DNA from: Eledone cirrhosa
Lineage: Eukaryota
DNA: 64,000 nt
Reading direction: 5' to 3'
NCBI GenBank assembly: GCA_964016885.1
Contig: OZ024743.1
Span: forward strand, 289,044,001 to 289,108,000
This document shows positions 29,035 through 41,671 of this stretch, piece by piece; the first letter of the stretch is position 1, and each line of letters begins with the position of its first letter. The notes under the pieces are model-generated. The model made no database searches. It saw only the letters and a program-made list of their open reading frames with translations, and was not told where the DNA came from. The position numbers and the translations under genes were made by a program.

Positions 29035-29331
29035 AAGAAAATGCTGACAAATTTTTCCCAGTGAAAAATAGTTTAATTAGGAATAAGTATAAATTAGTAA
29101 TTAGTATTCAGTTTTAGTTTTAAGATTTTACCGGTTGCGCATTTCTAATGCTTTTCAAAATAATTTTGATATAGAGCGCTCGTGATGTTTGCTCTAATCA
29201 GATTAGAGCAAACATCACGACCGGTAAAAACTTAAAACTAAAACTGAATACTAACCAATACTTATTACTAATTTATTCTTATTCCTAATTAAACTATTTT
29301 TCACTGGGAAAAATTTGTCAGCATTTTCTTT
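29035..29331. repeat. Fold-back element with nested perfect palindrome
   Basis: ~100-bp arms 29035-29134 and 29220-29331; internal 20-bp perfect stem TCGTGATGTTTGCTCTAATC-A-GATTAGAGCAAACATCACGA at 29180-29220. Confidence 0.9.
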
Positions 29332-29378
29332 TCCTTTTACTAATATATCACAACTCGTGTGTTACACCTCTATTTTTT

Positions 29379-29467
<89 letters not shown>

Positions 29468-29890
29468 ACGATGATCACAACCTTAAAAATTCATAGCTAA
29501 AGGCCTTCAAATGTTTTTCAAACTCATTCACTATGTTATTCGATATGCAATACGTATATTTATATGTATAACTCGGAGCACCAATAGAAAGTTTTGATTA
29601 AATATTAAATCTGGGTCGGCTACCGCTCCATGTGCAAATGCGTTTTATCAGCTCATAAATATAGTTTGGAATTTATAAGATCCAAGCTTGCATTAGCTTC
29701 AGCAAAAATTGGGTCGTAACTAGTCACGATACCCGCTAATAAGCGAGAAACTCGTCGATTAATTTCCTTTGCTTTTTACTGAGGCTGTGTGTGTGACGAT
29801 GATCACAACCTTAAAAATTCATAGCGAATGGCAGTCAAATGTTTTTCACTAACAACCCTTATATCATTCAATATACATCGGAGCACCAAC

Positions 29891-29957
<67 letters not shown>

Positions 29958-30230
29958 AATATAAATTAGCGAGAATCGTATTTCGGCTATTTGAAATTAG
30001 CGAAAAACAACTTCCGAGATGTGTGGCAAGCGCTCCATAGAGGCTAGTGAACTAGAGCTACAACATAAGTTAAAAGGCCAAACACACTGAGACGATGGTT
30101 AAACCATTATCCGCACAGCCATAGAAACGACCAAGTAATTCGGGTCAAACAAATAAAATATGATTGAAAATTATACCCGGACCCCTGGAAGGTTGGTAAA
30201 ATCCAGCATTTGGGTTTCTGCAACTCCTAA

Positions 30231-30317
<87 letters not shown>

Positions 30318-30320
<3 letters not shown>

Positions 30321-30495
30321 CAAAGAAGGTGTGGACCATTACTCACCAGAGTACTCGATACGTAGGGTAGTAGAGTGGGTAATATGAAATAGAGTCAGGA
30401 CACCGAAGCTAGATCCGAACTAAGCCAGCACTTTGGCTTAGTTCGTATTCAGTTGTCGAAACGACCAGAGCTCAGCTGTCGGGGTCCTAACTCTT
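30318..30495. repeat. Fold-back family F copy
   Basis: ccagagtactcgatac.taggg and gtcgaaacg..cagagctc..gtcggggtcc shared with 35567, 37027 and 57965. Confidence 0.75.
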
Positions 30496-30507
30496 TTCCT
30501 ATATATA

Positions 30508-30704
30508 TATATAATATAGATATGGCTTCCACAGGACTAGAGCTGTTTTATTCGGAGGAAATCGTCAGGAAAGGGCTTTCCTGATGATTTCCTTCGAATG
30601 AAACAGTTCTAGTCCTGTGGAAGCCATTTCTATATTAAATATTTATACTCTGCTAGGTATTGAGTACCTTACTTACTGTGGTTACCCTTGATTGAACCCG
30701 GGAT

Positions 30705-30708
<4 letters not shown>
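30508..30708. repeat. Fold-back element with back-to-back hammerhead-like cores
   Basis: ~65-bp arms around 30574; right arm CTGATGA-TTTCCTTCGAAT-GAAA-CAGTTCTAGTC, left arm (minus) CTGACGA...AAAA. Confidence 0.8.
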
Positions 30709-30775
<67 letters not shown>

Positions 30776-30980
30776 TAAGTATGTACACGTACATACATAT
30801 GTGTATACAGACGTACAGTAGCATGTATATATATATACATACATGCACACATATATACATGTACGTATGGATTCACCGAACATTTATTATAATGCTCGGT
30901 GTGTTTGTAAACAAACATCCCGTATTAAGTCGTAGTGTCTAGCAACGATCGTTGCTCGTTTGTTCAACACTGACAAAGGA

Positions 30981-31023
30981 ACGCTGTACTAGTTTCAAGC
31001 GTATTAGCTATCGTCAGCAAAGT
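30981..31023 (-). ncRNA. Minimal type I hammerhead, copy A
   Basis: ACTTTG-CTGACGA-TAGCTAATACGCTT-GAAA-CTAG-TA-CAGCGT. Confidence 0.75.
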
Positions 31024-31404
31024 ATACCTTCCTGCCAGATTGTTGAACGTATATACTTACCTTATGCATATTAACGGCTGAGTAGCCCAATTTGCATATC
31101 GAGTGGGTTAATCGGCCGGGTGCACCGAAAACGATAAACGGAAAAAATGAAACGAAATTTCATTTCCCACTCTTAGTACGGCTGTTACTAAAATATAAGT
31201 ATGTACACGTACATGCATATATGTATACAGACGTACAGTAGTATGTATATATATATATATACATACATGCTCACATATATACATGTACGTATGGATTCAC
31301 CGAACATTTATTATAATGCTCGGTGTGTTTGTAAACAAACATCCCGTATTAAGCCGTAGTGTCTAGCAACCATCGTTGCTCGTTTGTTCAACACTGACAA
31401 AGGA

Positions 31405-31447
31405 ACGCTGTACTAGTTTCAAGCTTATTAGCTATCGTCAGCAACGT
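31405..31447 (-). ncRNA. Minimal type I hammerhead, copy B
   Basis: ACGTTG-CTGACGA-T-AGCT-aata-AGCT-T-GAAA-CTAG-TA-CAGCGT; 6-bp stem I, palindromic ACTAGT, GUA site. Confidence 0.85.
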
Positions 31448-31537
31448 ATACCTTCCTGCCAGATTGTTGAATGTATATACTTACCTTATGCATATTAAAG
31501 GTAAGTATATACGTTCAACAATCTGGCAGGAAGGTAT

Positions 31538-31580
31538 ACGTTGCTGACGATAGCTAATAAGCTTGAAACTAGTACAGCGT
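31538..31580 (+). ncRNA. Minimal type I hammerhead, inverted copy C
   Basis: Same sequence as copy B, on the + strand. Confidence 0.85.
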
Positions 31581-32396
31581 TCCTTTGTCAGTGTTGAACA
31601 AACGAGCAACGATGCCTGCTAGACACTGTACGGCTTAATGTGGGATGTTTGTTTACAAATACACCGAGCATTATAATCAATGTTCGGTGAATCCATACGT
31701 ACATGTATATATGTGTGCATGTATGTATATATATATATACATACTACTGTACGTCTGTATACATATGTGTATGTACGTGTACATACTTATATTTAAGTAA
31801 CAGCCGTACTAAGAGTGGGAAATGAAATTTCGTTTCATTTTCTCCGTTTATATATATATAGATACATATATATATATGAGAGAGAGCGAGAGAGAGACTG
31901 TGGTACTGAGGCCGAAGAGACCACAAATTGTTTGAGTTGAGTACTCACTGAATGGGGTAATTCAGAGTGTGTATAGAGATATGTATAATCCCGACCCCGG
32001 CGCCAAGTGGTCTCGCTTGGTGTTGGAATAAGTATGTGTCCTAAACACTTAACGTCGCTGGCGGGATTATACCTATCTATCTATCTATCTATTTTTATAT
32101 TCATATAAATATATATATTTGCAAATTTCGAACTTCCGAGGATTAATAAAACGTATTAAATTTGAGCAGAAAATATTCAAATGACAATCCTCTCCCTACA
32201 TCGGATGAGGGGCAATCATCTATATGTTTGATTATATTTGCTCTTTGTTCATGTCTACATTTTCAACATTTTCTCCCTAAAAAATTCAACATTTTCTTTA
32301 GACTAATAATATATAAAAACATGGAGCTAATTCTGAAACTACTTGGCATTTATATACTTCATACATTTGTGCTTTATCCTTATATTTTTAACTTTG

Positions 32397-32458
<62 letters not shown>

Positions 32459-32463
<5 letters not shown>

Positions 32464-33631
32464 TATGAACGGCCTGACAATACAACCTCTGCAGTCAGGT
32501 GACAACTACAGATATCTTGGACAGGATGAGAATGTCAGATATGATGGACCCATAAATAAGGAGAGAACCAGAACTGAATACCTCAGAAGAGTAAAAAAAA
32601 TATGGTCATCAGAACTGTCAGCATACAACAAATACATTGCCCACAATACCTATGCTGTGCCAATTATAACGCCAACATTTGGCCTACTGAACTGGTCATT
32701 GCAAGAACTAAGTGAGATGGATGTTAGAACTCGTAAACTTCTCAGTGTTACTGGGAACTTTAACATCAATGGTGATGTGGATAGGCTATACTTCTCACGC
32801 AAGGAAGGTGGCCGGGGTCTAAAATCAATATTAACAACATATGAGACCCGGATAGTAACACTGAAGCAACACCTTCAACAGAGGAAAAAGGTTGGCGACC
32901 ATCTTGCTCAGGTTTATGAGCATGAAAAAAGAAATATCATTAGAATAGCGACTGATCTGGAGGAGAGATATGGAATAAAGCCTGATATAAATCTCTCACC
33001 CAGAGAAATCGGAAGATCCTATTCAATGTTCAAACAAGAAAAAAAAATTGACCAATTTACAGAGAAAGTTGTGCATGGATACTTGAGGCGTAAAACACAG
33101 ACCATAGAGGGGATAAACCACTCAAAAAGCCTGGCATGGAGTTCCGACAAGTTTATGACATCACACCTTGAGGGATATCTCCATGCAATACAGGAACAAG
33201 AACTCCCTACCAAATATCTGCTGCACAAAAGAGGAGGGCCAGCAGCTGACAATAAATGTAGGCTATGTAAAACAAAGATCGAGGATGTAAGCCACATTGT
33301 TGCCAGCTGCGAAAGAATGTCATCTCGCTACTACCTCCCCATGAGACACGATGGGATAGCTAGAACATATCTAGATTTCTAGAGGAGGGCACAGCTCTTC
33401 CACGTTTTACTGCCAAATATGCACACTTGGACTCACCAAATTTCATTTTGATGTCGGTTGAAAATTGTGTAATGAGGTCCAATTGTTTCTTGATGTCATT
33501 GATATTTGGCCCATACAACTTCAGGTCATCAACAAAGAAAAGATGGGAGATACTTCTGGGCCCACTTCTTTGTCCACCTTGTTTCCTGAGTAGGTAAGAT
33601 AGTGGATTCAGTGAGAGAACGAAGAGTAGTA
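32459..33631. mobile_element. R4/Dong-clade LINE fragment with internal inversion
   Basis: + 32459-33370: YRYLG, VDRLYFSRKEGGRGL, CRLCKTKIEDVSHIVASC, RHD; minus 33631-33367: [28 protein letters not shown] (RT core). Confidence 0.9.
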
Positions 33632-33639
33632 TGTATGTA

Positions 33640-33675
<36 letters not shown>

Positions 33676-33779
33676 TATATATATATATATATATGTATGT
33701 ATATGTATGTATGTATGTATGTATATGTATATATATATATATGTATGTATATGTATATATGTATGTATGTATGTATATA

Positions 33780-33812
<33 letters not shown>

Positions 33813-34095
33813 ATATATATATATATATATGTATGTATATATATATATATATGTATGTATGTATATATATATGTGTATGTATGTATGTATGTATGTATAT
33901 ATATGTATATATGTATGTATGTATATGTATATATATATGTATGTATGTATATATATATATATATGTATGTATGTATATATATATATGTATGTATGTATGT
34001 ATATATATATATATATGTATGTATGTATGTATATATATATATATATGTATGTATGTATATATGTATGTATGTATATATATATATATGTATGTATG

Positions 34096-34126
<31 letters not shown>

Positions 34127-34197
34127 ATGTATGTATGTATGTATATATATATGTATGTATATATATATATATATGTATGTATATATATATGTATGTA

Positions 34198-34230
<33 letters not shown>

Positions 34231-34353
34231 TTATATATATATATATATGTATGTATATATATATGTATGTATGTATATGTATATGTATGTATATATGTAT
34301 GTATGTATATATGTATGTATATGTGTATGTATGTATGTATATATATATGTATG

Positions 34354-34386
<33 letters not shown>

Positions 34387-34561
34387 GTATGTATATATAT
34401 GTATGTATGTATGTATATATGTGTGTATGTATGTATATGTATATGTATGTATGTATATATATATGTATGTATATATATATGTATGTATATATATATGTAT
34501 GTATATATATATATATGTATGTATGTATATATGTATGTATGTATGTATATATGTATGTATG

Positions 34562-34595
<34 letters not shown>

Positions 34596-34703
34596 TGTAT
34601 GTATGTATATGTGTATATATGTATGTATGTATATATGTATGTATGTATATATATATGTATGTATGTATATATATATGTATGTATGTATATGTGTATGTAT
34701 GTA

Positions 34704-34736
<33 letters not shown>

Positions 34737-34861
34737 ATATGTATGTATGTATATATGTATGTATGTATATATATATATATGTATGTATGTATATATGTAT
34801 GTATGTATATATATATGTATGTATGTATATATATATGTATGTATGTATATATGTATGTATG

Positions 34862-34927
<66 letters not shown>

Positions 34928-34948
34928 TGTATGTATATATATATGTAT
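33630..34948. repeat. 1.3-kb interleaved (ATGT)n/(AT)n array
   Basis: Almost purely alternating purine-pyrimidine with essentially no C on the + strand; explains the 448-506 aa spurious ORFs. Confidence 0.97.
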
Positions 34949-35553
34949 GTCAGGTCACCAGTTGGTGCTACTGGTAACATGTATCCCAGTACAACCTGTC
35001 TCATGGTCGGGTCGTTGGCGACTAAACTGGCAACCCCACCAAGGTTTCTTGGTGAGGAGGGTGACTTTGGACATCCTGCAGGACTAAAAACAAAACCTGT
35101 CAAAGGGCAAGGGAGCTCTTAAGACTCAATAGCCATCCAAAATCACCGGGAGAGATGACCCCTTAGCCTTTGTCAAGGCAGAATTCTAGGAGAAGGAAAA
35201 CTCTGATATAACACCTGCAACCCTGATGGTATCCAATGATGTTGACTTGTTCTTCTTTTTGGTAAATATCATCTTGGTTAAGAGAGTGGGACTGGCTTTG
35301 TGCAGTGCCTTTGCTCACTATAAAAGCTTCACAGCACAGGCATTGCTTTATATCTGGAGATCTCTCTGCACTTGTCATCACATGGTCAATATGATGCGCT
35401 ATGTGTCAATAATGGTCACAAGTGTAGTCTTTGTACCAGGGTTTTCAAGTCGCTGGCTGGACTAAAAAGTCACATTCGTTCAGCGCATCGGTAGGGGTTC
35501 TCCTACATGGATATAGGGCAGTGGCCGTACTCGAAAACGAGTTGGCAGCCACC
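34949..35553 (+). mobile_element. Non-autonomous RTE derivative, copy 2
   Basis: Collinear with 3954-4562 from GTCAGGTCACCAG to GAGTTGGCAGCCACC. Confidence 0.8.
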
Positions 35554-35566
35554 ATATATATATATG

Positions 35567-35762
35567 AAAAAGTAAGATCCCGACGGCAGAGCTCAAGCCG
35601 TTTTGACGGCTATTTCTGGACTAGTCCAGAAATAGCCGTCGAAACGGCTTGAGCTCTGCCGTCGGGGTCCTACTTTTTACTATTTCCCACTCTACTACCC
35701 TAAGTATTGAGTACTCTGGTGCGTTATGGTCCATCTGGTTCCTTACCACAATTCCTTTGTTA
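35567..35762. repeat. Fold-back family F copy, spacerless 112-bp palindrome
   Basis: 35567-35678 centred on CTGGACTAGTCCAG with about 3 mismatches; tail 35699-35762 recurs at 37079-37142. Confidence 0.92.
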
Positions 35763-35783
35763 TATATATATATATATATATGT

Positions 35784-35844
<61 letters not shown>

Positions 35845-36111
35845 CGTGTGTGCGTGCGTGGGGGGGGGGTATGTGTGTATTTTTATTTGTATATACTTTA
35901 ACACAATTTGGTGGTATTAAGAGTCACGCCCTTATTAATAGACGTATAGTTTGATCAAATTCAGAGATATTCAAAGCTTTATAAACACATTTTTTTATAT
36001 TTTTTCTGTAAGATTGATGTTGTTACGTCATGATATGTGTATCAGATAACGTTCATATTTAGGTGACTCTGTCAAAGAAGCATGTGCATGAGCGCGCGCG
36101 CACACACACAT

Positions 36112-36152
<41 letters not shown>

Positions 36153-36542
36153 TGTATGTTTGTGTATATATATATATACACACACATATATATGTGTGTG
36201 TGTATATATACAGTATATAACCAAAATTAAATTAAGGATGTATGTCTGAGAGAAATGCGCCATATCAAATATATATATATATATATATATATATACTTAT
36301 ACATATACATATATATGTAACAGAGTAAAGAGTGAAGAACACACGCATGTATATATGTGTGTTCAAATCCTAAGCGATACAAAACCGCCAAGGGGTAGAA
36401 TATATTAACTAAAGATAGTACGGTTTACAGAACTCAATTAAAAGGATATATGGATGTGTCTGTGTATTTAGTTTGTTTTTGCATTAGTGGACGCTAGTGT
36501 ATGCGTATGCAAACAATTTTTCTCGGGTATAATTTGGTTGCA

Positions 36543-36576
<34 letters not shown>

Positions 36577-36673
36577 GTTTTGTCATCCGTAACTCGCTCA
36601 GTATTAAAATGAGGCTACTCAGCCGATGTATACTTAATAAAATACTATATATTTTTAACCGTTCAACATATTG

Positions 36674-36716
36674 GCAGTCCTGATGAAGGGTAATGACCCA
36701 GAAACAGGTTGATTGT
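36674..36716 (+). ncRNA. Minimal type I hammerhead ribozyme
   Basis: GCAGTC-CTGATGA-A-GGGT-aatg-ACCC-A-GAAA-CAGG-TT-GATTGT; 6-bp stem I including G-U pairs. Confidence 0.7.
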
Positions 36717-37026
36717 TCCTCAACGGATTACGATTTGTCATCGGTACGGCAGATATTTAATCGGGCCTTTTATTTACAAATGAATCGAATATTATTATCA
36801 ATGTTCGATATGACCCATACGTACATATGTATTTGTATATATATATGAGAGTGTATATGCAGTTTCTGCTTCTGCTGTTGAATGGTCAGTCCCAAAGTCG
36901 TTGAAGACAGTCCACTGACGCACTCCGCCTCCAGGAGTGACAAAGCGTCGTAGAAATGAAATGAACATATGTATGTATATATAATATGTAATTGTATATA
37001 TTTGTGTGTATATATATATATATAGG

Positions 37027-37139
37027 AAAAAGTATGACCCGGCGGCAGAGCTCAAGCCGTTTCGACGGCTATTTCTATCCTAAGTATTGAGTACTCTGGT
37101 GCGTTATGGTCCATCTGGTTCCTTACCACAATTCCTTTG

Positions 37140-37142
<3 letters not shown>
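37027..37142. repeat. Family F copy with right palindrome arm deleted
   Basis: Left arm and tail match 35567-35762; the segment equivalent to ~35618-35697 is absent. Confidence 0.85.
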
Positions 37143-37188
<46 letters not shown>

Positions 37189-37666
37189 ATATATTTCACA
37201 CGAGGGAACTGACATGCCCCCTACTGTTTTCTACTCAAAATATGATTACATTGCTTGTTTTTATTACATCTAGAGATAATAAACATTTGATTCTGAGCTT
37301 CATAAATAGATGAATGTGTATGGTATTTTACACATGTAATTATACACGTTATGCATTTATGTGTGTGTTTGCGTATGAATGTGTAAATGGGTGTATTTCT
37401 ATGTATATATGTGTATGTTTATGATGTATGTTTGCATAGATATATATGTACATAAGTATGAATGCATATTCCTTGAACGTGTGCATGCTGGGGTGCATTT
37501 AACTATGTGTATATTCATATAGACATTTGATACGTATATATTTAAATATATATTTAGATAATTAGTCAGATAAATAATTTAATTATATATATAAGATAGA
37601 TAAATAGTTAGATAAGTAGATAGAGAGATATATAGATATTGAAATAGCTAAATTGATATAAAGACT

Positions 37667-37725
<59 letters not shown>

Positions 37726-39376
37726 AGAAATCTTTAGATAAATTCATAGAGAGATAGTGATAGAGAGGGGGATGAGTAAACAAGTAATGAGATTACATTT
37801 ATGTGACTGGTAATGTCATTTTAAATACAATGTACTTTACAGATTTCTAGACAAGTAATACCAACAACCATTAATTACAACAACTAGAACGAGGACGACA
37901 ATAACTGAAACAATTACAAGAAATAGAGCAACAGCAACATCAACAAACAACAATTTTGACACCATCAAAAACTAAATTAACAGAGTTGACAAAAATTAAA
38001 AGAGCATTTGAAATAGCAAAAAGAACAGTGACAACAAAAACTTCAACATTTGAACATCAGTTAGAAGAACTATTACAATAACATCCATAATATCATAGTT
38101 GTGAAATTTGCATGACAATAATGTCTACCCGAGTTTAATTCCAACTGCATATGAACTAGGCTAGTGCCTTTTTCATAGTTTCAGATCGACATAAGCCTTA
38201 CGACTGAAATTCCCTTGACGTGTTTGGAAACCCGTTGAATGAATTGTACTTGTAATTCAGAAGACAATCCTCGTCACATACAATGTCAACTTTCTTCCGA
38301 TTGTCAATTAAAGTAAAGGAATATGTGTCTCTATGATGCTGAGCTACTTGCCTATTCACTCATGTGTTAGACAATCAAATGGACGACAAACTGAATTCCA
38401 AACTTAGTAACTACCGGAAGACCCACCATCACTAAATAATAAGTATAAAATGCTGGATTATTCACCCCAGTATTTCAGTTATTATGAATTCAAACACGAA
38501 CGTAACATTCAATACAGTTCAGTTTTAATATCTTTAATGTAGTTTATTTCGTTGATTAGTGTTCTGTTGGTTTAATAAATGGAACTGTCTACTAGTGCCA
38601 GTAAAGTGCAAGAAGTTAAGAATTCCACAGGCACATGCACTCATAAGAATTCTGAGAAAGATACAGAATGACATAATGTGTAACAAGATTGTCCATTTGA
38701 ATTATATGAGCTTTATTAGATGCTCTTTTTTTTTCAACAGTTCCCGTTCAGCACATTTCATTCACAGGGTTTAGGTCAACCCAAGGGTATGGTAAATGAC
38801 ACTTGCGCACGATGCCACGCAATAAAATCGAACTTGGGACGTTATGGCTACATCCTTGTTATCGTCAATGTTTCTCATGTAACTACAAATTCCACTTCTT
38901 GTATCGTTTTCCGCTGATAGGGATGCACGACACTTTTAATATCTGCATATATTTGGTGACAGCTTGAGGATGAGTTGTGAACGCATTTATTCCTCCACGA
39001 TCCATCATCTGTTATACCAGCAAGCACCATCATCATTACCACTTCCACGTCTTTCACTAAATTCAACATTACAATCGTCATCATTACAAGCACTACAGTC
39101 ATTACCAATACTATCAATATTACAATACATCGAAACACGTTTCTTTACAGGCCATCCTTCGCATACACACACAAAATATTTAATATAAGCACATTAACCG
39201 ACACATAAAAACGATTATCAATTGTATTATTTCCGATGTGTTTTTTTGGGTTTTATATTTCGCGTAACGTTGTGGTAGCAATGAAACCATAGATAAATGA
39301 GTGAATTGCTTTTGGACGATAACATTAGAGTCTCTCTTCCATCATTCCTTCTTTCGCTCACTTGGAATATATATAT

Positions 39377-39945
39377 ATATATAAGAAAGTAAGTCCATAG
39401 AATCATTTGATAAAATATATACAGTATTTCCTCTCCCAATCAGCATAATTAACCACACAAAAAAAATCAATTAAAAGAGGCTATAAGTTTAAAATGCACC
39501 TATAAAGAAACAATAGATAAATAAATGGTAGCTATTCTATCCGCGATCAACAGCCACAGAAGATTTACCTAGTATTTCTAATGGCCCGTAGAAATTGATT
39601 AGACATATATCCAACCATACACAATTAGGTACAAAATCAAAGTTAGAAGAAAAAATGTATATAACATTTGTTCTTCTAACTTTGATTTTGTACTTAATTG
39701 TGTATGGTTGGCTATATGTCTAATCAATTTCTACGGGCCATGAGAAATACTAGGTAAATCTTCTGTGGCTGTTGATCGCGGATAGAATAGCTACCATTTA
39801 TTTATCTATTGTTTCTTTATAGGTGCATTTTAAACTTATAGCCTCTTTTAATTGATTTTTTTTGTGTGGTTAATTATGCTGATTGGGAGAGGAAATACTG
39901 TATATATTTTATCAAATGATTCTATGGACTTACTTTCTTATATAT
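39377..39945. repeat. 570-bp near-perfect fold-back
   Basis: ~282-bp arms with only a handful of mismatches, ~5-nt loop at 39660; starts in (TA)n. Confidence 0.95.
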
Positions 39946-40078
39946 TACTCTGATTGTTGATTATTTAATTAATTAATTCATCATTGAGCCACACTCTGAA
40001 TGGTTGCTAAAAACACATATATATATCTATGGCTCTGTCTAGTTTATGTATATGTAAATCTATATATTTTATATATAT

Positions 40079-40141
<63 letters not shown>

Positions 40142-40240
40142 TCAGGCATACAAATATAACTCAGGTCATAGTTAAGGGATTTACTTATATTTTACTTTCT
40201 TTCTTATCTCCTGTCAACGTCTGCTACATACATACATACT

Positions 40241-40333
<93 letters not shown>

Positions 40334-41671
40334 GGTGTTTATCAGCTCCTTGCAGAGTTTGGCCTCATCTTGTACCTATAATTGCTCGTTCCTAGCGTGA
40401 GATCTTTCTTTCCTATCTACCACAAAGTATTCAATACTTTTGTAACGTAATTTAATACATTTCAAATTTGATTTTTATTTCCTTTGTATCTTTTCTTCCG
40501 CTAAATATTTTTTTATTTCCCAGCATAAGCTCAGCATAAATAATTTGACTGGTACTCATCATCCATCGGATGGGATCCACTCTCCATCGTAGTTGATTAG
40601 TAATAAGCAATAACCTAATATCAAGACTAGCTTTTTCTGAGTAAGTAGCAGAGGCATTTCTGATGAACTCTTTACAATGTATCTACATGGCGTGTGTATA
40701 TTGTCCAAGTTTCAGAAGAATGCAGCAGTGCTGAAAGAACAACTAAGACATATAACATGATCATTGTGTTAGCTTTGATATGGCGTTACCATCATATTTT
40801 AGATTATAGTCTGGTAAAGACTATTATTGTCCTTTGAATGCGAGAAGTGATTTCTTTGTTTAAGTGTCTAACCAGGTATGCAACCAAGTCACAACGTTAA
40901 TCCCTGTACGCTTTACCAGTATCTAAGGTGCTTTGATTTAATCTCCTGGGGCAGGTTGATGCATTACAACAGTTTTCTTCAAATTAATTGTGAGACCAAA
41001 TACGTCACATGTAAACACAAACGCGGTAATTAGGTGTAAGCCTTACTCAGTCTCACTTACTAGGTCACAGTCATTCGCATATAAAAGATCCTGTACCAGA
41101 GAAGTAAAGACTTTGGATTTAAAGTTCATTCTTGCCATATTAAACACACTACCTAAAGAGGAGTATCGTATATAGATGCCATCTGTTGAAATTTCAAATG
41201 TATTTGATAGCATAGCTGCAAAATATATAGAGAAGTGTGTCGGTGTGACGAGATCATCTTGCTTAACTCCATTTTCAACCAGAAATGGTTAAGATAGGAT
41301 TCCTCCAATATTAACCCAAGCATTCGTAACTTTTTGGAGAGCCTCGGTTATATTCACACTTTGCAGGACATCCAAATTTCTTCATCTCTAGTGACAATGC
41401 ATTCCTGCTAATCGAGCCAAAGACTTTGCTACGATCCACAATACAACGATATAAGCCCAATTTGTTCACTACGTTTATCTTATAGCTGTCGGATAGTAAA
41501 TATCCTATCAACTGTGCTTTAAGAAGCAGGGAAGTCACATTTTAACTCCAATACAGCTCTCGAGGCAATGCAGTTACCGAGGTGCTCTAAGAGAACACGA
41601 GAAAGCATAACAACGAAGTTATTCCACGGAAATTTCCACATTAATCCTTGGAACCAGATTTACATAGATAA

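Larger units (their letters stand above)
30771..31852. mobile_element. Retrozyme-like non-coding element: ~424-bp tandem dimer plus inverted third copy
   Basis: Direct copies 30771-31133 and 31134-31497; inverted arm 31498-31852 mirrors 31134-31487; one hammerhead per copy; fourth copy at 63627. Confidence 0.85.

Noticed and set aside
29125-29190. Hammerhead in the 29035 fold-back (minus GAAATGCGCA)
   Set aside because: CTGANGA core is absent (ATCACGA) and the NUH site is broken; at most a relic.
32162-32462. N-terminal 100 aa of the 406-aa ORF as a real protein extension
   Set aside because: Read-through of AT-rich flank and (AT)n; LINE homology begins at ~32460.
33602-35122. 448-506 aa ORFs and all other YI/CV/HT/LS-rich ORFs in the track
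   Set aside because: Translations of (AT)n, (GT)n, (ATGT)n and (GA)n microsatellites, which lack stop codons.
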